A stretch of 64,000 nt of DNA, from positions 10,870 through 74,869 of IMG/VR virus record IMGVR_UViG_3300037419_001546; one strand, 5' to 3'. The notes under the pieces were generated by a model, which was not told where the DNA came from, searched no databases, and saw only the letters and a list, made by a program, of their open reading frames with translations. Position 1 is the first letter of the stretch. Each line of letters opens with the position of its first letter. The DNA comes from a virus (lineage: Duplodnaviria > Caudoviricetes). This document shows, one piece after another, positions 44,188 to 54,500 of this stretch. The translations under genes were made by a program, and so were the position numbers.

Positions 44188-45429
44188 TCATGCCGCGCGA
44201 TAGACGGCGAGCGAATCCCACGACGGCGAGGCGGTGCCCGAGGTGCGCTCGACCCGCGCGCCTGCCCACGAATCCGCGATCGGGACTTGGTTGTTCAGAT
44301 CGGCCATGACCGCGGTCGCACCGTTGACCTCGATCCACGCGTGCTGCGCATCGCACGCGAACTCGACTGTCTCCGTACCGTTGAGGGCTGCGGCGTCGCT
44401 CTGGTAATCGAGCATGGTCGGATTCGTCACCCCGCCCGTGAACCGTGAGAGGTAGATGCGGCCGTTGTAGTAGTTGGCGGCCAGACCGGTGCTGCGGTCG
44501 GCCGCGACGCGCAGCAGCAGGCTGCTATCGGCTGTGCCGTTCGGTGCGCTGCCGAATCTGCCGACGACGCGCTGGCGGCCATCGGTGGTGGCGGTGTTGG
44601 TGAGCAATGCGCGGCTGCCGTTCGCGGTGCCCGTGCTCGCCCACTTGCCGCCGACGATCCCGGCATCAGTGCCAACCTGTGTCCACCCGTTGCCGACCGC
44701 GCCATCGGCCCGCTGGAAATCGTCAGACTTCACGAGCGCCCAATCGGCATCGACCATGGTCGGGAAATCCGATTGCCGGTCGTACAGAACGAAATTGCGG
44801 ATGTAGGCCGGATTCGTCGTCTGATTCAACATGTTGATGCCACGTGCCAGCGGACCGGACTTGTATTGCTCGGGCAGCCAATACGCGAAATATATGGTGT
44901 CGTTGACGTACACGCGGATCAGCCGGTCACGCTCGACGAGCATTTTCAGCCGGTACCAGTTGTTGTTGATCAGTCCATCGATATTGCCGGACTGCGCGAG
45001 CGTGTCGATCTGCGCGAGGCTGCGATAGATGACAATGCGGATGTTCTGGGTGGTCGACGCCGGGTCGCGCCAAATAGCCACCATCGGCAGGTTGATCAGG
45101 TCAGTGAATCCGACTTTCGCCCAGCTCGGCGAGATGGCCATAAGCCACATTTGCTGCTGGATGATATTGCCGTCGATACGAATGTCGTACTCGCACCCGA
45201 AATTCGGCGTGAACGGCATCATTTCGTAGCTGACACCGCCGACCTGGAACGGCGTTTCGAGGGCGTTGGCGATCACGAGCTGATTGCTGATCAGCTGCAC
45301 CGTGCGCGACGAATTCGTGCGCTTCCAAGGCGGCCGAATTGGATTCTCATCCGGCCGGGAGTGGTACGTGTCGAGGTCGCGCCAACCAGCGACCGCCAGC
45401 GGCCAATGCCGCCGGATATACGTGCTCAC
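44188..45429 (-). CDS. Minor tail protein with lectin-like beta domains
   Basis: DDFQRADGAVGNGW motif; aromatic beta-rich composition. Confidence 0.65.
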   Translation of the reverse strand: MSTYIRRHWPLAVAGWRDLDTYHSRPDENPIRPPWKRTNSSRTVQLISNQLVIANALETPFQVGGVSYEMMPFTPNFGCEYDIRIDGNIIQQQMWLMAISPSWAKVGFTDLINLPMVAIWRDPASTTQNIRIVIYRSLAQIDTLAQSGNIDGLINNNWYRLKMLVERDRLIRVYVNDTIYFAYWLPEQYKSGPLARGINMLNQTTNPAYIRNFVLYDRQSDFPTMVDADWALVKSDDFQRADGAVGNGWTQVGTDAGIVGGKWASTGTANGSRALLTNTATTDGRQRVVGRFGSAPNGTADSSLLLRVAADRSTGLAANYYNGRIYLSRFTGGVTNPTMLDYQSDAAALNGTETVEFACDAQHAWIEVNGATAVMADLNNQVPIADSWAGARVERTSGTASPSWDSLAVYRAA

Positions 45430-45761
45430 GCGTCCCCGGTGGCGCTCTCGTCGATGGCCCCGGTGATCGTTCCGCCGAGCTGCGCCATGCGCTTGCGCAG
45501 TTTCAGCAGCACGCCGCGATTGCCGCGCAGCCCGACCGGATCATCGGCCGCGACCAGCGGGCGCAACGATTCCGGATCCTCGTTGAATCTCTGGATCGCC
45601 CTGTCGAACATCGGCAACGCATCCTCCACGCGCACAACATCGAACAGGCCATCCAGAGATGCGACGCCGAATGCCGCGCACCACAGGGCCTCACGATTCG
45701 GCTGCACCGCGACCGATTCCTGAAAGTTGTGGCCATCGGAAATGAATTCGAACGTCTTCAT
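45426..45761 (-). CDS. Hypothetical protein in the tail cluster
   Basis: Coupled on both sides. Confidence 0.6.
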   Translation of the reverse strand: MKTFEFISDGHNFQESVAVQPNREALWCAAFGVASLDGLFDVVRVEDALPMFDRAIQRFNEDPESLRPLVAADDPVGLRGNRGVLLKLRKRMAQLGGTITGAIDESATGDA

Positions 45762-46414
45762 CCTGAAAACTCCGGATCTTCGATGAATACACCCGCACAG
45801 CAGATTTGCAGCACGGTCGGAGGTGCCGTCCCGACGATGTCGGTCACATACGCCCAGAACCGTTCCAGGTCGTCGATGTTCACGGCCAGCGCGGAGAAAT
45901 GACGCCGCGTGACGTTCGGCTCGATCACCGGTGTATACGCGACTCGGTACGCGGTATTCTCCGCATTCCAGATCCGCTGCTCGAACGTCAGCCCGCCGTG
46001 CTGCTCCAACAGCGCGACGTGAATGTCGGTCAGAATCGCGAGCTGGCCATCCCTCACATTGAGCATCGGTCCCACGAGCACCTCACCGGTGCCGCGCGTG
46101 ACCTCCGCCGACGAGTGCGCGTATTCGAGCTGCCAGTCATTGGCGTTGGCGTACGCGATGTCCGCTTTCTCGCCCGCATTCGCGGCGGCGTTGACCGCGG
46201 CCTGTGACGCCGTCAGCGCGGTGCCGGCCGCGGCCTGCGCGGCGCTCGTCGGCGCCCGCAGCTCGGTGCCGACCGTGTCTTGCACGACGCTGTAGGTATC
46301 GATCGTGCCGCCGACCATCGCGGCCTTCGCGTCGTCCACCGTGGCGGCCTGGCGGGCCGCGAACAGGCCGACCCCGAGCGAACCTACCGGGGACGCCCCG
46401 TTCGGGGATGTCAT
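45758..46414 (-). CDS. Minor tail protein
   Basis: MTSPNGASP N-terminus; synteny. Confidence 0.6.
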   Translation of the reverse strand: MTSPNGASPVGSLGVGLFAARQAATVDDAKAAMVGGTIDTYSVVQDTVGTELRAPTSAAQAAAGTALTASQAAVNAAANAGEKADIAYANANDWQLEYAHSSAEVTRGTGEVLVGPMLNVRDGQLAILTDIHVALLEQHGGLTFEQRIWNAENTAYRVAYTPVIEPNVTRRHFSALAVNIDDLERFWAYVTDIVGTAPPTVLQICCAGVFIEDPEFSG

Positions 46415-46415
46415 G

Positions 46416-46880
46416 TCAGCCCCCGCATTCCGGGTCTGTAAGAGGATTCGCGGCGCGCTTCTTCTGCGCCTCGACGACCCATCCCTGATAGGTGATGATC
46501 GCCTGGCGTACCTGCTCCCGGCTGTCGGGTTTCGGGTTCGCCGAAGCGTCCGCGATCGCGGAGATCATGTCGTCGAGGTGGCGCTGATTCTCCGTGGTGA
46601 TCGCCGACCGTGCCACCAGCGTGGAGCGAAACTCGCTGTTGCACTGGGCTTGCCGCGAACTCTGCATCGCGGCGAACGCCGTGCTGGCCACCGCGAGCAC
46701 CGCCACGACGATGAGCCAATACGCCTGCTGTCGATCGGTGCGCGGCAGTGCCGGCGCGGGCACGCTCTTGGTGCCGATGCGGTATTCGCGCCAGCTCATG
46801 GATAGGCCGACGAAGAATCCGACCGCGATGCACGAGGCACCGAACGTCAGCTGCAGGATTACGTCAGTCATCATCATCAC
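46416..46880 (-). CDS. Membrane protein (lysis cassette)
   Basis: Two TM segments; C-terminal RAANPLTDPEC. Confidence 0.7.
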   Translation of the reverse strand: MMMMTDVILQLTFGASCIAVGFFVGLSMSWREYRIGTKSVPAPALPRTDRQQAYWLIVVAVLAVASTAFAAMQSSRQAQCNSEFRSTLVARSAITTENQRHLDDMISAIADASANPKPDSREQVRQAIITYQGWVVEAQKKRAANPLTDPECGG

Positions 46881-47097
46881 CCTGGACTTCCCGATTCCGG
46901 CTGCGCGTGCGTGACGCTTGGAGCCGTGCGGCGCCCAGTAACCCGATGATGGCGCCCATGATTCCGTTGACGCCGGTATTGCCGGCGTAGGACTCGATAA
47001 CCAAGGGGGCGAATATGTTCGCCGCCCATACCGTGGTCACGACGTACACAAGTACGGTCAGTGTCCTCGTCGACACGCCGTAGTCGTTGGCGGCCAT
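46864..47097 (-). CDS. Membrane protein (lysis cassette)
   Basis: Two TM segments; VNGIMGAIIG. Confidence 0.7.
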   Translation of the reverse strand: MAANDYGVSTRTLTVLVYVVTTVWAANIFAPLVIESYAGNTGVNGIMGAIIGLLGAARLQASRTRSRNREVQGDDDD

Positions 47098-47162
47098 TCA
47101 CACCCTCCTCATCCACCAATAGCCCCCGACTCCACGCCAGAGGTCTGGCAGTAGGCAGGGCC

Positions 47163-47408
47163 TCACTCCTCAGCACTGGGGTCTACGGGGTAGCGGAACA
47201 TCCCCAGCAGCGGCGCCATCCTCGTCGCGAACACCGCGATCGGAGTCAGCGCGACCGCGGCGCCGGCCACCCATCCGCCCGCGGTGGCCAACCCGCCGTC
47301 GGACAGAGTCGCAGCGAGCACGCCGAGGAACGCGACAGTGGAAGTCAGCAGAGCCGCGATGGCCTTCGCCAGCTGGCCGAGCTTGTAGTTGAAGGGATTC
47401 CAGCTCAC
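47163..47408 (-). CDS. Holin
   Basis: Two TM segments, 81 aa, directly after LysA. Confidence 0.7.
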   Translation of the reverse strand: MSWNPFNYKLGQLAKAIAALLTSTVAFLGVLAATLSDGGLATAGGWVAGAAVALTPIAVFATRMAPLLGMFRYPVDPSAEE

Positions 47409-48226
47409 TTCGCACCCCCGGCAGTCGAGTCCGCGCCACCCGCGCTACCGGCCGCATTGGCGTCACGTGACGCCTGGAACCCCTCGATGCCCAGATGTGC
47501 ACCGATCACGGCCAGGGCGTTGACGATGGTGCGGCCGCCGAGCTGCTCCCACCCGCTGAACGGATTCGGTCCGGCGAGCTGTTCGCGAATCTCGTTCACG
47601 TACTGGTCCATGTACCGCAGCGCGGTGCCGACGGTGACCTTCTGGCCCTTGAAGTTGGTGAAGGTTTCCTCGAGTGCGGGCACTTCGCCTCCTTGGTTGG
47701 TGAATTCGTTGATGTACTTCTGGAACACGTCCCCGGGGAACCCTGGGCCGCAGTCGGTGTGGGTGCCCCAGCCGATCACCTGGGTGACGTACTGGTGGTC
47801 GGAGATGCCGGAGCTGGCGCGGGTGTAGACGCCTCCGCTGCCGAGCCACGTGGTGCTGAATCCGTACTTCTTGGCGTCCTGGACAGCCAGCCACGCGGCG
47901 ATCGCGATATCGCCCTCGCGCTGCAGCCACTGCGCGCGCGTCCAGCTGGCGCGCGATCCGGCGAAGCACAGGTTGATCGAGTAGCCGTTGGCGTTGCCGA
48001 CCGACCAGGAGGCGAGGTCGGTGTTGACCACGTCGCAGACGATTCCGTCGCGGACGGTGTAGTGATAGCTCGCGTCGTGGGCCGGGTTGTTGAGATAGCC
48101 GGCCAGCGATTCGGCGGAGCTGTTGCCTTCCTCGGTGTGGAGGAAGAAGTACCGAACCTTGCTGCCGCCGCGGCCATTGCACGAATTGCCCATGCGGTCG
48201 AGCTCGGTGTATGCGGGTTTGGACAT
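47405..48226 (-). CDS. lysA: Lysin A (N-acetylmuramoyl-L-alanine amidase)
   Basis: LHTEEG...SYHYTV...ANGYSINLCFAG...SDH...HTDCGPGFP. Confidence 0.9.
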   Translation of the reverse strand: MSKPAYTELDRMGNSCNGRGGSKVRYFFLHTEEGNSSAESLAGYLNNPAHDASYHYTVRDGIVCDVVNTDLASWSVGNANGYSINLCFAGSRASWTRAQWLQREGDIAIAAWLAVQDAKKYGFSTTWLGSGGVYTRASSGISDHQYVTQVIGWGTHTDCGPGFPGDVFQKYINEFTNQGGEVPALEETFTNFKGQKVTVGTALRYMDQYVNEIREQLAGPNPFSGWEQLGGRTIVNALAVIGAHLGIEGFQASRDANAAGSAGGADSTAGGAK

Positions 48227-48229
48227 GCT

Positions 48230-48910
48230 CTACTCCAGTCCCATGTGTTTGACGATGCGGTCCGCGATTTCGCGGCTGACGCGACTGTCGGCGTGCACGT
48301 TCGTGAGCCCGAGGTTCCCCAGCACCGACACCAGCTCCTCCACCGAGGCGCTCAGCCGCTGCGCCAGCGTCGCGACGGTGTACTGCATGGCGGGCGGGCC
48401 CGGCTTCTCGCCGTCGTCCAGGCCGAGGCCGTCGAGCACGGCGGCCCGGATTTCCGCCCGGTCGGCCTGCGGCAGTTCCTTCAGCATCTGGCCGAAGGTC
48501 TTGCGCTCCGGATCGGGAGTGTCGAGCGATACCCATTTGCCCGACGCCATCCACGCGTTCGCCGTAACCGACTGCGGTGGCTGGTATTTCAGCGCAGGCT
48601 CCTCGGTCGGGCGCGCGCCGAGAGTCCACATGCGGAACGACTGCAGCTCCCAGTACTCCGTCGGGAGGATCAGCGGTGCGCCCTTCATCGCCGGCATGGC
48701 GACGAACATCCAGATGAACGCCTGCCGAGGATTGGCGAGGTCGCAGTTGTCCCGGGTCGGTACGCCGACACCCTTCCAGGCCGGCCATTTGTCGAACGGC
48801 TTCCCGTCGACCAGGCCGCCGACCTGATCGCGCAGCTGGCGCTCCAGTTTCGCTCGGGTGGCGGCGGTTTCGCGTTCGCGAGCGCGCCGTTGCTGCCGTG
48901 TTTCTTCCAT
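48230..48910 (-). CDS. Minor tail protein (DUF2744-like) with a C-terminal IF2-N-like domain
   Basis: PTRDNCDLANPRQAFIWMFVAMP; C-term TVATLAQRLSASVEELVSVLGNLG...SRVSREIA. Confidence 0.65.
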   Translation of the reverse strand: MEETRQQRRARERETAATRAKLERQLRDQVGGLVDGKPFDKWPAWKGVGVPTRDNCDLANPRQAFIWMFVAMPAMKGAPLILPTEYWELQSFRMWTLGARPTEEPALKYQPPQSVTANAWMASGKWVSLDTPDPERKTFGQMLKELPQADRAEIRAAVLDGLGLDDGEKPGPPAMQYTVATLAQRLSASVEELVSVLGNLGLTNVHADSRVSREIADRIVKHMGLE

Positions 48911-48931
48911 GTCGCAGGCCCTCTCTCGGCT

Positions 48932-50626
48932 CTATACGAGTCCGACTTGCTGGAGAGCCCCGTCGAATTCCTCGAGCTTCGCCCACGCGGCGGCGAGCGG
49001 GTCCTGGAGGTCTTCGTCGGAGCCGATGGTGATCGCCCACGTGGGCGGGGTCTGGCGGTCCCAGCGCAGTTCGACCTTCGACACCCGGTCCATGTAGATG
49101 CGCCCGGTTCGGTCACCGCGGATGGTGAACCCGCACCGGTCGTTCAGCCACACATGCCCAGCCGCACCGATGACGAACGGCGCGCCGTCACGGGCACCGA
49201 ACTGGACGGAGTCGAACGCGCGGGTCTTCCAGAACCCTGCGCGCAGCACCATCAGCGACGACAGCGTGTAGGCGTTGCCGGCCGACCCGGCGAACAGTTC
49301 GAAGTACCGGGTCCATCCCTGCGTTGCCGCCCGCGCGGCGCTGACCGCCTTCATGAACGCGAACAGCGCGTCGGTGTAGAGCGGGGCCAGGATCGCGTCC
49401 AGCGCGCCGCCGATGGGCGGGATCACGATCGCCGCGGCGATGAGGTCGCCCGCCGCATTGATCGCTGCGGAGATCAGTTCGTTGACGCCCGGCATCGAGT
49501 GGCCGCCGGTAACGACTTGGATGCCCTTGGATCCGGTGCGTTTGTACTTGTACCGGTCGAGCCCGGATATCTCTCCGTCGCGCCAGACGACAAACGGCAA
49601 TTGCTTCTGCGTGCGCGGCGGCAACGTCGGGTCGTAGTACTCGGGCGGGATCGACGTGTCGGTGGCCAGCGAGGTGGTCGAGTCGATCATGTCGTCGAGG
49701 AATCCCTCGACCGTGCGGATTAGACCGTCGAAGATGGTGCCGCCCTGCGCGGTACCGGAGTAGGTGCCGGACCGGTCGACGAACGACACAATGCGGGTAC
49801 CGGGGCGCAGGTTCGCGCCCGGCCACGGCTCGGGGTCGCCTTCCTTGTAGATCTCGATCTCGGTAGCGACCTCGCCGTCGTCCTGGATCGGCTTGGCGAG
49901 ATCGTGGAAGTTCTTGAACCGCGAGATACCGAGGCCCCACAGCACACCCGATGCCATCGCTTCGAGGAAGCTGATCGGCCGGACGACCATCGAATATGTC
50001 GACTGATCATGGCCGCCGCGCTGGGCGGGGTCCATCGGATCCGACGGAAGCGGCCACGTCGAGCCGCGCTCACGCTGGATCTGCAGATCCAGCATGACCG
50101 ACAGCATCCAGGTGATCGGGCCCGGGAGTATGAACACCTGCGGCCACTGGATCCACTCCGGGAACCACGGATTACTCCAGCACGAATACCATTTCAGCCG
50201 TTCGTAATCGGTGAGGAAGTGCGCGGTGATGATCTGATCGCCGGTCTCCTCGTCGAGGTCGAGATCGAGGGTGTCGTACATGCCGCCGATCCGGCTGCCG
50301 CAGTACTCGACGATGATGTTCGCGTTGCGGCCTTCGCCGCGCTGGATCCGCGCGTCCTCTTCCCACAGCCACTGGCCAGCGGGTGAATCGAACGGGATCG
50401 CCAGATCGATCGTGCCGGTGTCGTTGGACGGCAGCACCAGCCCCTGCGACAGTTCGTCCCGAATCAGGTACTGCAGACGCATTTCGGCGTCGAACAGCTC
50501 CACCACCGGATCGGCAGCGCCCATCGCCAGTTGCTTGCGCTCCTGCTCGCGGGTAGCCGTCCAGATCGCCTCGCACTGCTCCTCGAGGGACAATCCGAAG
50601 TTGATGTCGGTGACCGGTGCAGGCAT
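48932..50626 (-). CDS. Minor tail protein (baseplate hub, Gp37-like)
   Basis: About 564 aa, second gene after the tape measure; NPWFPEWIQWP, RFKNFHD motifs. Confidence 0.8.
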   Translation of the reverse strand: MPAPVTDINFGLSLEEQCEAIWTATREQERKQLAMGAADPVVELFDAEMRLQYLIRDELSQGLVLPSNDTGTIDLAIPFDSPAGQWLWEEDARIQRGEGRNANIIVEYCGSRIGGMYDTLDLDLDEETGDQIITAHFLTDYERLKWYSCWSNPWFPEWIQWPQVFILPGPITWMLSVMLDLQIQRERGSTWPLPSDPMDPAQRGGHDQSTYSMVVRPISFLEAMASGVLWGLGISRFKNFHDLAKPIQDDGEVATEIEIYKEGDPEPWPGANLRPGTRIVSFVDRSGTYSGTAQGGTIFDGLIRTVEGFLDDMIDSTTSLATDTSIPPEYYDPTLPPRTQKQLPFVVWRDGEISGLDRYKYKRTGSKGIQVVTGGHSMPGVNELISAAINAAGDLIAAAIVIPPIGGALDAILAPLYTDALFAFMKAVSAARAATQGWTRYFELFAGSAGNAYTLSSLMVLRAGFWKTRAFDSVQFGARDGAPFVIGAAGHVWLNDRCGFTIRGDRTGRIYMDRVSKVELRWDRQTPPTWAITIGSDEDLQDPLAAAWAKLEEFDGALQQVGLV

Positions 50627-51582
50627 CACTGACCTCCGATCGGCAGCGGCCACAGCCGCGGCATGACCAGCTGCGCCATCGCGCCGCCAGCCGGGGCGCC
50701 GGTGACGCTCACCGGCAGCTCGATCGGTTGCGTGTGCGGCGGGATCTCATACTCGAAATACCGTCCAGGGACAGGCATCTGGCCGAGCAAGTTCGTTCCG
50801 TGTGCGTCGCGGACCATCAGCTTCTCGGGGTCGAGGTCGACGGTCGCGCCGCCCTGAACCGCGGTGATGGGCGGCATGAGGATGTCGCGGGCCGAGTCGT
50901 CGCGGCCGGTGCGCTTCGAGACGCCGAGGCGGCGGTTATACCGCGGCCCCTCCAGCGACCGATCCGGAATCGTCCAATTGCCGCGGGTGAGAATCCATTT
51001 CTGATTCATCGGCAGCGGCGAAGGATTCCACACCGTGACGGTTCCCGACCCGGAGGTGGCGGTGGTCGTCCACGTCGAAACGTCCGGCTCCTGCTGCCAG
51101 AACGGCATCCCGGCCCGCAGCGGCAGCGTCGGGTTGGCGTGCTCACGGATCAGCGGATCGACGCCCGGGTTGAAGTCGCGGTTCTGGCGCAGCTGCACCT
51201 CGAGGAAGCGATCGGACTTCGGCGAGATCACCTGGATACGCGGAAGTACCGCGTCCCAGTCGTAATCGTCCTCGCGGTAGTCGAACGCCTGCCAGAACTG
51301 CGACATCAGGGTTTCCTGATCGCCACGCGGGACGCGGGCAGCGACGATATGGAACCCGAGATCAAGGTCGCGCGGGTCGTACCAGCGGCCACGCATCCGT
51401 CCGCCGACCTGCCGGGCGCCCGACGCCCACGCGGTCCGCACGGGCGGATCGAACAGGCCCTGTACCTGATCCTTGCCGCACCAGACACCCTCGGCGCCTG
51501 CGCCTTCGCCGTGGACATGCCACACCGACCCGTCGCACCCGTGCAGGATGATCGTCAGGCCGGTGCTGCTGCGGTCTATCAC
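50626..51582 (-). CDS. Distal tail (Dit-like) protein
   Basis: IILHGCDGSVWHVHGEGAGAEGVW; follows the tape measure. Confidence 0.8.
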   Translation of the reverse strand: MIDRSSTGLTIILHGCDGSVWHVHGEGAGAEGVWCGKDQVQGLFDPPVRTAWASGARQVGGRMRGRWYDPRDLDLGFHIVAARVPRGDQETLMSQFWQAFDYREDDYDWDAVLPRIQVISPKSDRFLEVQLRQNRDFNPGVDPLIREHANPTLPLRAGMPFWQQEPDVSTWTTTATSGSGTVTVWNPSPLPMNQKWILTRGNWTIPDRSLEGPRYNRRLGVSKRTGRDDSARDILMPPITAVQGGATVDLDPEKLMVRDAHGTNLLGQMPVPGRYFEYEIPPHTQPIELPVSVTGAPAGGAMAQLVMPRLWPLPIGGQ

Positions 51583-51583
51583 G

Positions 51584-54500
51584 TCACCTCCCGTACCGGG
51601 CGACCGCGGCCACCCGCCCCGCGTCGATCTGTTTGGCGGCCTGCGCGACGATCTCCGAGAACCGTTGGGTGAAGATGTCGGCAACCTGCTGCGCGAGCTT
51701 CGATTGCGACTGCTCGTATACCGCCTGCAGCGCCCCGCCCGAGGACCGCAGGCCCGCGGCGCCGAGCGCGTCGTCGGCGTTGGCTTTCAGGAAGCCCTGG
51801 CCGGCCGCGGTGAGCTTGTCGCGCCCGGACGCGACCGCCTGGTCGACGGTCTGGACCTCAGCCGCACCGGTCGTGCCGGGCGCGGCCGTCGCAGCCTGCG
51901 GCGTGCCCGTTCCGGTGCTCGGCGTCGGCGTGTAGCTGCTGCCGTCGCTGTTGACGATCCACACCGGGACCACACCGGAGGGCACCTTCGACGTGTCGAA
52001 GGCCGTGCCGGTGCCGACCGTGCCGCCGCCGAGGCCGCCACCCGATGCCGATGTGCCGCCGCCGGTGCCGCCCGACGCCGCGGTACCCCCGCCGGTGCCG
52101 TTGCTGGTGGCCGCGCCCGCATCGCCACCGCGCAGCAAGGCGGCGGGGATGTGCGCGAACTGGTCGAACATCGAACTGTTCGCGCCGACCGGGCCGCCGA
52201 TGACCACGCCCTCGGAGCCGTTCGATTCGACGTTGGTGCCGTCGCCGAGGGTCATCGCCGTATGGCCGCCGGCCGGGCCGCCGACCACCCAGCCGACCGA
52301 GATGTCGCCGGGGCCACCCAATCCCGGCTTCGCGCCCTTGGCAGCCAGCCATTCGCCCTCATTGCCGGTGGCCATCCTCGAGGAGAACGGCGGCAGCCCC
52401 AACGCGTCGTTGACGGTCGCGGACACCATGCCCGAGCAGTCGATCGCGGTGGTCGAGAATCCGCCGAGTTGATAGGTGGCCGGGTCCATCGACTGTGCGA
52501 ACTTCTTGCCCGGGACGATGCCGCCGGACGCCATCGCGGCGAACAGGCCGAGCCGTTGCCCGACCTCCATCCAGATCGGCACCGACTTGTCGCGCTTGCT
52601 CGGCGACAGCGGGATATACGCTTCGGGTCCGGCCTCGGCCCAGATGATCGCGCGGTTCGAAATCTGTGCGCCCCGGCTGATTCCGCCGTCGGCGCGCGGC
52701 GTCGGCCACAGGTTGCCTGTGCCGCCGACCTGCTGCTGTATCTGCTGTTTCGCCGCCTGATCGCCCGCGATCGCGTTCACCGCGACCTCGGCAGTCATCG
52801 GGATCCGGCGCCCGGTGTTGGTTTGCACGAACGCGTCGAGTGTCTTCTGACCTTCCTCGGTCGCCGCGGTGACGGTCACGGTGCCGTTGGGCAACGTGGT
52901 CACCTTGAGGCCGAGCGCTTCCAACTTCGCCGTGGTTTCCGGCGTGTTGTCGGTGAGGGTGATCGTGTGCCCGTCGGGCAGTGACAGGACCGTATTGCCG
53001 AGGGCCCGGAACATCTCCTCGGACCGTTGCGCCGACTGGATGTTGTCGCCCACCGACCCGCGCAACCGGTCGAGGGCGGGCCGGGCCGAGTTGTCGATGC
53101 CGTCAGCCAGGCCACGCGCCTTGGACGCGGCCGAGTCGAGGCTGTCGTCGAGAGTGCGCAGACCGTGGCCGATGTCCTCCATCGACTTCGAGCCGGTCAA
53201 CTTGCCGAACGCCTCGGTGATCCCACCGAGCGGTTTCGTGATGCCCGACAGCGCGGTGCCGGCGCCCTCCGCGAACGACGCGAACGCGCGCAGGCCGGTC
53301 GCGGTGAACCCGAGCAGCGCATCAGCGGTGGCGAACGCGCCGTCGGCGAGCTTGCCGAAGAACCCGAGAATCTCGGGCTGATGCTGAGTCACCCAATCGG
53401 CGACCTTCGCGATTTCGGGGCCGAAAGCCTTTGCGAGAGCAGCGGATATCGCATCGGTCGAGGCTTCTATCGAGCGTTTCGCGCCCTCGATCGAGGACGC
53501 GGCATTGCCGCCGATCTTGTTCATCGCGTTCTCGGCCGCGCCGGACACCTGCCCGAGCGACTCGGCCGCGGTGGACAGGTCGAACTGATCGAACGCCGCT
53601 CCGAGGTCTTCCCATTGGGTACCGAACAACTCGACGGCCACCTGCCCGCGCACCAGCGGGTCCTGAATGTTGCGCAGGCCGTCGAAGATTTGCTGCGTCG
53701 CATCGTGGGCCGACTTGCCGCCCTCGGCGAACTTATGGGAGATCTCGTCGGCGTTCAGGCCGAGATCTTCGAATGCCTTCGTGGTGGAATCGCTGCCGTC
53801 GACGGCGCGGATCGAGAATTCCTTGATCGCGTCCGCGGCGACGTCGCTGTCGCGGGCACCGGCCTGCACGGCCTGATTGATCAGGCCCATCGCCTCGACG
53901 CCGTCCAGGCCCAGCTTCCGGAACTGGGTGCCGTACTCCGTGACCGTGTCCAACAGGTCCTCGGAGACGTTGAGCCCGTTCTGCGAGGCCGCGACGAACA
54001 GGTCCATCGCGTCGGATGCGTCGCGAGCCATGCCGGTCTTCACAGCCTGCCCGGCCGCGCGCGCAACGTTCGGGATGTCCTCGCCCATGAGTTGCGATAC
54101 GGCGCTCAACTGCTCGATCACCGACTGCGTGTACTGGGCGGTATCCGACTCGTCGAGTAGCCCGGATTGGATTGCGATACGGGCGGTCTCGGCGTTGTCG
54201 GCCACCGACTCGCCGAAGGTGTTCACGTAGGCGCGCCCGGCGGCGGTGCCGATCTTCGCCATGGTGGCGTCATCGACGCCGAGGCGGGCCTGGGTGAGGT
54301 CGAGTTGCTGTTGCCGCTCCATTCCGGACTGCAGCGCGCTCGCGAACAATCCGGCGGCCGACAGACCGGCCAGCGAGAAGGCGGCGCCGACGGTCGCGCC
54401 GACCAGGCCGCCCTTGCCGCCCTTGCCGGTCAGCTCCCCGAGCTTGTCGCCCAACCCGCTCATGAAGCTTCCGCCGGCCTGCTCTCCAGCGTCGCCAGCG

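Noticed and set aside
19710-44190. Many proteins ending in -AA read as a global ssrA-like degron system
   Set aside because: Most such ends overlap the RBS and ATGA of the next gene (GCGGCATGA), which explains the Ala codons; kept only for the repressor and integrase, where there is precedent
40462-48226. lysB separated from lysA/holin by ~5 kb of tail genes
   Set aside because: Split lysis cassettes within tail-gene regions are common in actinophages; not unusual
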